Source of the DNA: Octopus sinensis
Lineage: Eukaryota
DNA length: 64,000 nt
Assembly: GCF_006345805.1 (NCBI RefSeq)
Contig: NC_043006.1
Span: forward strand, 61,628,001-61,692,000
Reading direction: 5' to 3'
Every line of letters begins with the position of its first letter. Position 1 is the first letter of the stretch. A program made the translations under genes and the position numbers. The notes beneath the pieces are model-generated. The model did not search any database and was not told the DNA's origin. It saw nothing but the letters and a program-made list of their open reading frames with translations. This document shows, in pieces, positions 50,086 to 62,437 of this stretch.

Positions 50086-51836
50086 CTTATATCTGGAGAA
50101 GGCATTTATGCGCAAAGCATTTTCACGCTTGCTGGTTCAATCACAGAAGGAAAGGTATGTTTGATGCTGAATTCGTTATAAAGGAAGAGAGTTTCCAGGA
50201 GTACATGAGGTAACGGATTAAACCAATGCAATTTGTTTTTGATTTGGAGTGTATTCAGTTATTGAGACAACAAGCTGTATTGATATAATGTCATATATGT
50301 GAATGGCAGAGGTAAACGTAGACCTGATGTGTTCATACCACTTCAAAACCTGAAGTAGTTTGTAAAACTTTACGTTTATATATTTGTTTTGCAAGCTTTT
50401 CGATGTGAAATCGTGTGTTGAAAACAAAAACAAATTACACGAAAGTAATATAAACAGGAGATACAAATATTACAGGCACTTCACCCCACACACACTAACT
50501 AAACATAGACACACACAGAGATATACGCATGCGCAAATGAAGACAAATATAAAATACAAAATGGCTGACCGTTAGTAAGGAGAGACACACAAATAAGAAA
50601 GAAGAAAGCACAGAACCACTGATGCGGTCACATGAGTGTAACGAAAGAACTCCGGCCGAAATACTAATGTAAAAAATGAATAACGTTGCAGTAAAGTAAC
50701 AACAAATATATAGTGCGTGTGTTTTCATTGGCTAAACTGGCAAAATGACCATTCCTAAATGCAACAATAAGTTTGTAAAATACTATAAATCTAATGATGT
50801 ATTTTAGAAACTGAAAAGAAAAAACAATTATGGAGACGATATTCTGAAAACTGAAGGAAGAATTAATGACAATGAAACTGTTAAAATAAAGCCAGTTAAT
50901 CTTTAGTATATTGCCTCAGTGAATGTGTAAGGTGTGTGTACTCGAATATGCAAAATCAGTGGTAAAACAAAAGACGGAAGCTGCATTAAAAATGTAATAT
51001 TATCGCAGATAGCAGGTTCCGAGTAATATATCGCAGTGGTTTTTTGCACACAACGAACGAACAATCATTCAGTATGGTAAAGAGAGAGTGTCTACAGAGA
51101 ATACACAATAGCGTTTTGTTCGGCGTACTAACGATTCAGGCAGCTCACTTCCATCGATAATATTAACGCTCATAAATGTTCCCATATGAACAAAACGATA
51201 ATTGTCACCGCTTTTGTACGTTTACAATGTGAAACAAATTTTCTTTACTGAATGGAAGGTTTTCAGGTGCATAATAATTTAAATAATCAGATATCACAAC
51301 ACTAAAAGGAAGGTATTGTCTAGAGCCTATTTCCAGCCCCATTAGCATTGAGACTCTTTTTCCTACTTAAAATACACTTTTATTTGGCACTAATACCCAG
51401 ATCATTCAAATTTAAATTTAAAATAATAAGAGTGGATAACTGAATATTAATTTGATTAATAACTATGTTCTCTAACCAGGAAAATTCACTGCAGATAATT
51501 ATTTTCTGCAGAATTATTTCCGGTATTTTAGCGCGCCAAAACGAAGACTTTTGAAAGGTAACTCCAAGTGTAATTGGTAGAACTGTATACATAATCCATC
51601 TCATGCGGACGTATCGTGTATAATCTGCAATTTATATTTGCAATGACAATCATATTGAAGAGCTACGGACAATTACGTAAGTGTTAATAACGAAATTAGC
51701 TTATGATTAATCTATATTTTGTTTCTTTTCATTTGTATTGCTCTTGAAAACATTCCTTTCGTAGCGGTAAGATCATAGCGGATCTATTTCTAGCATAATG
51801 GATGTCCATGGAGTGGTCATGCTTCTCATATGTGTG

Positions 51837-51885
<49 letters not shown>

Positions 51886-52751
51886 CCCAGACAGCGTATA
51901 TGTTCTTCGAGACAGACATGCACGCACCCAGACGTTTATATACAAATGCTAGAATGAACATACTTACACAAAAGCAGTGATACATGCGTCCTATTCACGC
52001 ACACTCGAGTATATAGCAGGGTGCTAGCGCATACATATTCGCATGCACACACACAAAGACAAGACACATATACATACTTACACACATCGATATAACCAAC
52101 ACCATATCCACATCCACCCACTCACACATCTGTTGAACACAGACACACACGCATTGGCATTGATTCTGTAAGCTTTCCAGACTGCAGGACGCCACCAACT
52201 TCGTTTCCAGATACACCATCGAAGAAAGCTTCCTTTTCTAATGCATCTGGTGTCGCTGGATGCCTGATCTCATCTCAAAAAATACCATCTGACCTACTCT
52301 GGGAAATATTAACTCATTTTCCAGAAGTGGACTTCTTGTGTTTTGTAATCCGTAAACTACGCCTGATTGAGCCAGTGTGCTGTTAGAAGACTGTGAAACT
52401 ATCGTGAAGTCCAATCAAAGGGTTTTAAACAATAATATAATTAACTCATATGAGTTGCGGGCCTTTATCTTTCGTTTTTACTCACACATATACACGCGTG
52501 TGTGCATTTATATATATTTTTGATTAGAATGTTGAAATGAAGGGAAAATATTTTATGTCAATTTTAATATTTTATCTCATGAATGTTTGCAGTCTTATAT
52601 CATTACTACAACAATGAAAGAAAGTACAAGTAAGTAAGCGATCACGCGATCGCTTGAATATTGAATCATACGTATTTAGTCTATATTAAAAATTAAAAAA
52701 AACTATGACCATACACACATATTTTTTTGCTTTTAATAATTCTTATAGATT

Positions 52752-52935
52752 AAAGGTGGCAAGTTCGCCAAATCCTTATCACGCCGAATCCTTATAAAAT
52801 TTTTAACGTTATTTCGTCTGTCTTTATGTTCTGAGTCGAAATTCTGCCGAGGCCGACTTTGCATTCAATACTCCTGGAATCCATAAAATAAGTACGGGTT
52901 GGGTACTGGGTTCGGTGTTATTTATTTACCCCTAC
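52752..52935 (+). mobile_element. tRNA-derived SINE, family A (diverged)
   Basis: gttctgagtcgaaattctgccgaggccgactttgcattc..aaataagtac. Confidence 0.75.
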
Positions 52936-54502
52936 CTCGAAGTTGTTTGCATTTTGCTGAACTTTCGAATCAATATATATTATAGATTAAACATTCTTTA
53001 TGGACTTATCTAATACATATGCTTTAACGAAAGTAAAAGCAGCGTGTTTATGCATATGTCCTCTATTGTGTTTACGCATACATTCTCTAATCACGATATA
53101 TTAAAATTGAAATGTAGCATTAATATGATTCATTAACTGCAAAAATTCAACATATGAATAATTAAAATTTAAAAAGGAAAATTTTGAAGCATACTTTGCT
53201 ATATTTCAAATATATTCAGAAAGTTATCTTTGACAGTGAACATCCAATATATATACGCGTTTTATATACCGCAAATATCTATAAAGTAAACAACTTCTGA
53301 AATAACAGGGTTTTAAGAAGTTTATAGCTTAGAACATGAAATATAACAATACCATATTTTTGATAAATTAGAATACTACATAGTAATTATTCGCTAGAAA
53401 ACAACATCATGTCTATAATGCAAGCAATATATACATTTTCTAACACCGAGATATTACAGAAACATGTCTACAATTGTTGGCACTTAATCTATATATCCGG
53501 AAGCTAAAATACTTATTGAAATTGACACACTCTCTGATAACATGAACAGCATAGCTCTTCCTTCCATTAAATAGATTCGAAGGAAATGGCTACAGAACAC
53601 AAATTTTGGCTTCCTAAATTAGAATAAAATTCAATTTTCAAAGCACTCCGAGAAAAATTCTAAAATAGCATTTTGATATAGTAAGCTCTTAGTAGCATTC
53701 CTGCGCAAAAAATGTCTTCGATGCTTACCATAAAAAGTTATTTTGTAATTAGCTTTTCTTACAGAAAAGAAACATAGAATTCATAGGCAGAGAAAAATAT
53801 ACCTTTTTCCCCAAAAAATCTGTTACAATTGTAATTTTAGCTACTTTATGTTTTTACATTTTCTATTTTGATTCGCTATACAAACAATTTCACTTTTGCT
53901 CTCGAAAAATATCTCAACAAATAATTCCCTTTTGAGAATCTATAGGAAGAGCAACAAAACTTTGTAGCTCATGACATTTGCAACGTTCAAAGTTTTCAAA
54001 TCAATTGTAATTGAAAAACAAAAAAGAAAACGAAAATAAAATTAAATATATTCTCACAGGTGCGTAAGTTGAAATTTCGATGCCTCTCTTTCGAAGATTA
54101 TTCCCAGAGAGGATCATAGATAGATGAATGATTAACTGATAACAACTAGAGTTTACTCTGTATGCCACCTCTAATATAAACAACTCTTCAGTGAAAGAAT
54201 AGAAGGTGCATTTTGTAATCAGACATATCTATTTTAGATTTGTTTGCAAAACCGGTGTGATATACAACGTAAGCTGTCAAAACCGAAAGCACACCCGATT
54301 TCTCAGTGTTACTTCTTATTCAACTTTGATAACAAGCACGCCACCGAATTCATTTATATTGAAGTTAGAATTGTATATGTTACTAGCAGTAATACTCGTC
54401 GTTCATCGGATAATTACTTTTACTCTTTCTCAGGAGTCACATTCACATTATTATTATATATATAATAGATTTCTCAACGGGGATTTCAAGTGAGATTTTC
54501 AG

Positions 54503-54635
54503 GGAGTCGCTGGCGATGATCGTGATGATCAACAATCCGGCCTGCTAAAATTTGGTTCAAATGATTCAAACAGCAGACTCAACGCAAAATGGTCACATTT
54601 AATTCAAAGCGTTAAAAATGTTATGAAAACAATTG
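54503..54635 (+). CDS. Candidate 133-nt host exon of unknown product
   Basis: ttttcag acceptor, open frame GVAGDDRDDQQSGLLKFGSNDSNSRLNAKWSHLIQSVKNVMKTI, and G|GTATGT donor. Confidence 0.3.
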
Positions 54636-55289
54636 GTATGTGTTCAAAACGTCCAAACGATTAATACGAAAAAAAAACCTCCAGGCTACATCCCGAAAAT
54701 TCATTTCTTTGCCGAATTTCTACAATGTGTTTATATCTTGATTTTTTTTATTTTTCATGCAATTTACGCATGCTTGCACGCGTGGTGAACACAGTTCACG
54801 TCAAACAGCTGACTGAGTAAAGTTCACTATTCAATGCATGGGATAAGGCCTCAAAAAACACATTATCAATTTTTGCACTTGCGAGATGAATTTCGGAACA
54901 GAAATTGCGCAGTTCAATTTTCATTCGCCTAAACTTTAAGTGACCCATTTTCGGTGGTTCTACGATTTGTTGGCTAGGAGGAGATGTGCCGGGAAGTTAA
55001 ACACACAAACACACACACAGACACACAAGTTGAGTTTTATATATATAGATTTCTACAACCCCAAGTCACTGGTACACGTGTTGTGTTTAGTATATCTAGG
55101 TGTTTGTCAAGTGAAAGATAGTTGGGGAATCCCCAATTTTGTGCGCTGCATGTCACCGTGGTGGGAAGTTTTACAAAACATTAATTAAATCACTAACAAG
55201 CGTCAGTCATTAAATCCTAGATGTCCGACTCCTTTTCCGTATATACTTTTGTTACTATTATCACACTTTTCTCCATTCTCACAAAAAGT

Positions 55290-55400
55290 ACCAGGCTTAC
55301 AAACTATAAAGTTCTGTGGCCAATTTGTTCGCCTAAAGGCTGTGTTCCAGCATGACAGCAGTGAAATAACTGAAACAAGTAAAAAAACAATAAAAAAATA
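55290..55400 (+). mobile_element. SINE family B 3' tail fragment
   Basis: taaaggctgtgttccagcatgacagcagtgaaataactgaaacaagtaaaa. Confidence 0.7.
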
Positions 55401-55401
55401 C

Positions 55402-55440
<39 letters not shown>

Positions 55441-55689
55441 CATATGAAATATCTGCTTTTCCACGCACTCATAGGTCAGATAGATATTATATAGCCTGAT
55501 GCCATTCGTGTCACCAACGCTCGCCCCGGTTTCCACGTAAAGCAATATTTCACCACGCCCATATATAATAACGTGAAAACAATGAAACAAAGGACAGCTC
55601 TCACATGACAGTGACACTACCCATTGTCAAGCGAACGAAACAGTAAGAGAAACAATCACACACACACACAGACACACACACACATATCA

Positions 55690-56745
55690 AGTTGATCGCT
55701 GATGGAACCATGATGTTCATGTTTCGCCTTCGTATAACCTATCACAGCTGTATGTGATGGAGTATACGCAGTCTTTGGTCATATTCTCTTCTATTGGTGG
55801 TTTTACTCGGAGATATTTGCGCAGTGTTGTATTACTCTTGAATACTGTCCTGATGTCTTATGGGCCGCATATGTTTCGTATCTTTTCAGAGAGACCTTTT
55901 ACATAGGTTAGACATACTGTTGACAGTTTATTGGCCTCATCTTCTATCTTCTTCATAACTGGAGTGGATAGTATACTTTTGGAGTAGTTGTTGCTTAACA
56001 GATCGTTATTGAGCTTGATCATTCTTCTTGGTTATTATCACTATCGCTACTTTTATTTTTTGCACAATGTTTTAGTCACTGAGCAATCCCTCTCTGTACT
56101 CTGTATGGATGGTGGGAATTTAAGTTGAGGTATCATCCAGTAATGGTCGGCTTGCGGTACACGGATGTTCTGAAACTATACTTGGTAGTGTTATCAATAT
56201 GTCCAGGAATGCCACATGATTGTCTTTCTCTTTTTCCATTGTGAACTGTATGGATAGCTCTATTGAGTTCACATGATCTAACAGCACTTGGACATCTTCC
56301 CGGTAGGGCCAGTGTATAAAGGTGTCATCAATATATCGTAGCCATAGTGTTGGTTTTAGTGGTGTTGATCCTAAAGCCAAATTCTCAAAGTATTCCATGT
56401 ATATCTTGGCTATTACCGGTGATAATGGCGAACTCATAGCTAAACCCTTCTCTTGTCGATATATATCAGTGTCCATACTACATACTTCAGTATGTTAGCC
56501 AACATCACCGTAGAATATTTACATTCTCTTAAATTGATAACGATTGCGGTGTTAGTAATCAGTATGGTAGATCGTTGGAAAGTGATATGGTTATAGAGAT
56601 TCTGAAGATTGTCTTTCAAGTAAGATACATTCGTCATAGTGTTTTGTATCTTGGTTTTTGAATGGGGACAGATATTTAGCAGAAAATCACTGGAACATAT
56701 ATGAGATGTATTAGGAGGATATGGATAAATAATTGTCTGTATCAC
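55690..56745 (-). mobile_element. Penelope/Poseidon-type PLE fragment (RT, thumb, start of GIY-YIG)
   Basis: YRQEKGLAMSSPLSPVIAKIYMEYFE...WLRYIDDTF...IQFTMEKE..VAFLDILI, SHHP, YVKGLSEKIR..RTVFKS, DCVYSI..SC...YEGET. Confidence 0.9.
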
Positions 56746-57424
56746 ACATTGTCCTCAAGAATTTATTGATGTCATAAAGGATACTAAAAGAATTAGATCA
56801 TTGGTGTATTAGAGTGAATGGGTCGTGTTTAACTGTGAAGTGCATGGTTAACGTCTATCGGAAGAGACCTTTACTAGCAGCAGTCATGCAGTATCCTATT
56901 TTCAGTTATGCTAGTAATGATACGGTTCGATATTTGGAATACTACGTCGAGGTATTGGCGTATTCGTAAAAACTAGATAGTTCTCAATTGATAGGACCTC
57001 TAAATCAGACGTGCAGCGCTTGATGTAATGACTGTGTATAAGTGTGTTATATACAAAAAAAACGGTTATTAGAATCAATCAGCCCTAATGTTTGCAATTA
57101 TAGATGATGTAGCATTGTTAGAATAGAGAGGTAGAAACCTATCCCACACGCTGCCCTTATTGTAGGTAGGTGGATATGGGATTCCTGTATGATTTTGAAA
57201 ATGATTCACATTATTCATATGTACATAATTTGAATTTTTCTTAGCAGTTCGGTAATGAAAAGATGGTTAATCAATGAAAAGCATCAATACAAAAAGGAGT
57301 AATGTATATTTGTATAGATTTGCTTTGTATTTTCAAAGATTACATTTAGAAAACCCCATCCCCTTATGTAATTAATCGTATTGCAAACATGCCAGTATAC
57401 TGAATATAAGAAAATATAATTGAC

Positions 57425-57664
57425 AGAGTATTAGTTATTTCTTTATTGCCCACAGGGGACTAAACATAGATGGGATAAACAAGGACAGACAAAGAGATTA
57501 AATCGATTACATCGACCCCAGTGCGTAACTGGTACTTATTTAATCAACTCAGAAAGGATGAAAAGCAAAGTCTACCTCGGCGGAATTTGAACTCAGCACG
57601 TAACAGCAGATCAAATACTGCTAAGCATTTCGCCCGGCGTGCTAACGATTCTGACAGATCACCG
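57425..57664 (-). mobile_element. tRNA-derived SINE, family A (near full length)
   Basis: Reverse complement of cagaatcgttagcacgccgggcgaaatgcttagc..gagttcaaattccgccgagg..gtaccagtt..ggggtcgatgtaatcga plus tail. Confidence 0.9.
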
Positions 57665-58269
57665 TGTTTTAGTGGAAACTCTTTATGTGCGTTATGGTCC
57701 CAGATTGAAATTGTAATGTGTCACCACTTATAGCTTGTTTTTCCACAAACCTTTCGCCAATGTAGGGTAATTCACTTTTATCTACCTTGTAAATAGTATC
57801 TTCTAATTATGTGTGCTCTTCAAATATACATTTTCATCAGCTTCATTCCATCGAATGCATATATAAACGAGAGAATAAATAAGAAATAAAAGCAATGCGC
57901 ATATATAAATTATACCCCAGGATAGATAAAAAATATATATACCCTATATTCTCACCCGAAATGTACTCCTATAATATGTATATCGAAATTAAAATTGAAA
58001 CACACTTTATAGTAATGCCGGTAATTTGAACAATATAAACTAAGTATGAACGTCGTTAAACTGTAACTCACATCATTATAACTATTTATGGAAAGAAGCC
58101 TTCGGGCCATAACATTATTGGCTAATACGATATTTCTCTCGTAATTAAGAATATAAACGTTTCAAATACATATTTATACATAACTGCACAGGCAAACATG
58201 CACTAATACACAACACACACACACCCCCACACACACATATTGCACTCACATATATCTATCTCTCTCTTT

Positions 58270-58271
58270 AG

Positions 58272-58344
<73 letters not shown>

Positions 58345-58442
58345 CATCTATCTATCCATCTATCTATCTATCTATCATCTATCTATCTACCTATCTAACT
58401 ATCTATCTATCTATTTATTTATCTATCTATCTATCTATCTAC

Positions 58443-58483
<41 letters not shown>

Positions 58484-58642
58484 AATCTATCTATCTATCT
58501 ATCTCTCTACCTCTCTATCTACCTACCTATCTATCTATCTATCAATCTATCTCTCTACCTATCTAGCTACCTCTCTATCTACCAATCTATCTACCTATCT
58601 ATCTATCTATCTACCTATCTCTCTCTCTACCTATCTATCTAC

Positions 58643-58672
<30 letters not shown>
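58270..58672. repeat. Long (TATC)n/(TACC) tetranucleotide array
   Basis: About 400 bp of TATC repeat with variant units. Confidence 0.97.
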
Positions 58673-58674
<2 letters not shown>

Positions 58675-58869
58675 TTATTCTTTTTATTTTTTTATTCAAT
58701 TTTTTTTTTTTTTGTTCTTTTCTTCCCTTTTACGATCCCTCTTTATCGAAAACCTTCGCCACCCTCTTCTTTTTTCTTTTGTTTTTTGTTCTCTTCATCC
58801 CTCAAAAGAAAAGCTCTACCTTGTAACTTGTCCCATCTGTGTGCAGCCCTGTGTGGCAAATAAAGAAAC

Positions 58870-58955
<86 letters not shown>

Positions 58956-59001
58956 GTCTGTCTATCTGTCTGTCTGACAGTCTATCTATCTATTTATCTA
59001 C

Positions 59002-59095
<94 letters not shown>

Positions 59096-59097
59096 CT
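58870..59097. repeat. (TATC)n array
   Basis: TATC/TGTC repeat. Confidence 0.97.
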
Positions 59098-59672
59098 ATG
59101 TATATGTGTGTGTGTATGAACATAGATATGCGTGCGTTTTTGCGTATTTTTAAAATTCTATATGCGTTTTCGGGGTACTTATATGCATGTGCGTATAAAC
59201 TGCGTTTTGTACATCCAAGTATGTATGTGTATGTGCGTGTAGACATGTATATATGAGCGTGGTGAAGCCTGCATGGGTATATATGCGAGTGTATGTATGT
59301 GTATGCGTAGACATAAATATGTATATATGTGTGTTTCTATGTACATGTACACACGTGTGTGAGTATGTTTATAGATAGATATGCATACACGTGTGCGTAC
59401 ATGGATGTGTGTGCATATGTGTGCATATGCGGATTCTATGAATGAGGTATTACTTTCATCATGCCTATTGGAGTAATTTCCCTTTATTCAGCGGTTTTTT
59501 TTCATAGTGTTTTTGTCTTGAGAAATGATGAGATGCCGGAGCAGACTTCAGCCTCGGTGCCAGAAACTCTGAGTTTTATTATGACAAACATCTAATTGTC
59601 TCATTTTATATTTATAGATAAATTCCTCTATTTTACATAATATCGAGGTCGCATTCATTCTTTTGTGTCATG

Positions 59673-59751
<79 letters not shown>

Positions 59752-59929
59752 ATTATGATACCTACAAATAATTATTATATATATATATATATATATAACG
59801 ATTTAGGAGTGACCCCAACAGGTCACTCGTCCACCAGAAAGAGCAGCCATAACTCACACCGCCAAATATTAGTAATTCAGAAATTAGGTGAAAATTAGGT
59901 GAAAATTTAAAAACATTTACCTAATTCTT

Positions 59930-60029
59930 CTTTTAGACGTTGCAACGTTTCTGTGTCATTAATGATTAAATTAGCTTAATTAAATTAAATTAAGCCAATC
60001 TACCATAGGTTACACTTCATCAGTAAAAG
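59930..60029 (-). ncRNA. Type-I hammerhead ribozyme (left arm)
   Basis: Mirror copy of 60077-60176. Confidence 0.8.
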
Positions 60030-60076
60030 ACCTGGGAGAGACAAATATACACAAATATATATTTGTCTCTCCCAGT

Positions 60077-60176
60077 CTTTTACTGATGAAGTGTAACCTA
60101 TGGTAGATTGGCTTAATTTAATTTAATTAAGCTAATTTAATCATTAATGACACAGAAACGTTGCAACGTCTAAAAG
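60077..60176 (+). ncRNA. Type-I hammerhead ribozyme (right arm)
   Basis: Stem I CUUUUA/UAAAAG; CUGAUGA 60083-60089; stem II GUGU/ACAC closed by A.A with a 60-nt AU-rich insert; GAAA 60155-60158; stem III ACGUUGCAACGU; predicted GUC cleavage after 60170. Confidence 0.8.
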
Positions 60177-60432
60177 AAGAATTAGGGTAAATGTTTTTAA
60201 ATTTTCACCTAATTTTCACCTAATTTCTGAATTACTAATATTTGGCGGTGTGAGTTATGGCTGCTCTTTCTGGTGGACGAGTGACCTGTTGGGGTCACTC
60301 CTAAATCGTTATATTTATATATTTAGTCGATGACTATTTTCTCTTTTTCACCAGGCCGCTGGTTGCGATAAATTTCTATTGAATTTTTTTGCTACCCTAA
60401 ATTGACTAATTGAAAATATAATATATATATAT

Positions 60433-60478
<46 letters not shown>

Positions 60479-60618
60479 GTATATTATGATACCTACAAAT
60501 AATTATTATATATATATATATATATTATATATATATAATATATAATCTATAGGCGAGAGAGTAGATGTGAAAAAGCACGTCGTTGGATGTAAAAAAATAA
60601 AAAAGAGCGAAAATACTA

Positions 60619-60831
60619 CATAAGGCTTGTGTAATAAGGTTAAAGAGTATATTTAAGTCGTTATGTTAGAAAAATGTTATAAACTTTTGTGTATAGTGCC
60701 GAGAAATTTGAAAAGAATATACGAAATCGGTTATTTCTCCAAAAACTATCTTAGTATACACAACATTATATAACATTTTTCTAACATAACGATTAGAATA
60801 TATTCTTAAGCCTTATTACACAAGCCTTCTG
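60619..60831. mobile_element. MITE (Tc1/mariner-type, TA TSD)
   Basis: About 60-bp TIRs aaggcttgtgtaataagg...ttatgttagaaaaatgttata and its reverse complement, flanked by TA at 60617-60618 and 60832-60833. Confidence 0.8.
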
Positions 60832-60833
60832 TA

Positions 60834-60870
<37 letters not shown>

Positions 60871-60871
<1 letters not shown>

Positions 60872-61043
60872 GCACAGGAGTGGCTATGTGGTAAGTAGCT
60901 TGTTTATCAACCACATGGTTTCGGGTTCAGTCCCACTGCGTGGCACCTTGGGCATGTGTCTTCTACTATAGCCTCGGGCCGACCAAAGCCTTGTGAGTGG
61001 ATTTGGTAGAGGTAAACTGAAAGAAGCCCGTCGTATATATGTA

Positions 61044-61085
<42 letters not shown>

Positions 61086-61309
61086 TGTGTGTGTTTGTGT
61101 GTCTGTGTTCGTCCCCCTAGCATTGCTTGACAACCGATGTTGGTGTGTTTATGTCCCCGTTACTTAGCGGTTCGGCAAAAGAGACCGATAGAATGAGTAC
61201 TGGGCTTACAAAAGAATAAGTCTCGAGATCGACTTGCTCGATTAAAGGCGGAGCTCCAGCATGGCCGCAGTCAAATGACTGAAACAAGTTAGAGAGTAAA
61301 GAGCAAGAG

Positions 61310-61310
<1 letters not shown>
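60871..61310 (+). mobile_element. tRNA-derived SINE, family B (full length; octopus OK/OR-like class)
   Basis: A box TGGCTATGTGG 60881-60891, B box GGTTCAGTCCC 60924-60934, internal (TA)n, and 3' tail ccagcatggccgcagtcaaatgactgaaacaag. Confidence 0.92.
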
Positions 61311-61345
<35 letters not shown>

Positions 61346-62284
61346 ATACAGGTATACATACATATATACTTATACACGCACAAACGCACAGACACAAACA
61401 TGCACACACACACACGCACGCACAAAATCGAATGATGGAAATGTGTGTTCAACACCGCGTTGGTTGATAGGATTTCTTTATTTGTGAATTAAGGCTACCA
61501 TTCATTTCTTATTTAAAAAATAGGAAAATATCTTAATAACTTAACAATTTTTGAAGCTTATTACATGGAGAAATGGTGTTCGTCTGCATTTTGAACAAAC
61601 AAAGTTAAATGACTAGGAATTAGGAATTTGGTTAGATATTTTTTTACGCCACTGATATAATGAATATCCGTCTAAAGACATCGAATGACAACGAGCACAC
61701 ATAATTAAGATCAACAATTAAACTGTAGTTCACCCAATAGGTAAGTCATTGGGTTTTACATATTATGGAGAGTATATAGGTAATACGTAATAGAGAAGAA
61801 TGAACGCATATACATTTTCAAAGTTTTTTTTTTTTATTACAGAAATATTCTCGTTAAAGATCCGTCCAGCAGGTGTTTCTCCTGCATAAGTATACTTTGA
61901 TGTATCACTCATGTGCATTTATTTGTTTCCGACGTTCCTATGCAGATTTATTCAAGTTTTTTTTACCCAAGCAGATAACTGAAACAAACTGAGAATCTAA
62001 GCCTTAGATAGTCCTACTTAAATTATATTCTAAGTGAGGAATCATGAAACATCTGGATACGTAACAGTTGAGTTTGCGTATTTGACACTTAAATTTAGAA
62101 TAGCCATTTTAGATATTAAGGGAGCAGACTATTTGATACGCTTTGTAGGAGAAAAATACCTGCACCTCACTGATTCCTCATACTAAGGAAAATACGATAC
62201 CATACAGAAAAATGGACAATTTTAAAGGAATGACAAGAAAGAGGAATCGAATACCGTTTCAGTTTGTTCAATCAGACCAAATTA

Positions 62285-62432
<148 letters not shown>

Positions 62433-62437
62433 TATAT

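Larger units (their letters stand above)
59793..60314. repeat. Near-perfect 520-bp palindrome (two head-to-head pLTR/retrozyme-like units)
   Basis: 59793-60049 is the reverse complement of 60058-60314, with an 8-nt loop and only two single-base indels noticed. Confidence 0.95.

Noticed and set aside
52130-52386. About 95-codon stop-free plus frame with S/T/P-rich content
   Set aside because: No start or splice context that I trust and no domain match; the minus frame has two stops.
61269-61285. Stem-loop plus GAAAC in SINE/LINE tails as a half hammerhead
   Set aside because: There is no upstream CUGANGA; it is better explained as the RT recognition stem-loop.
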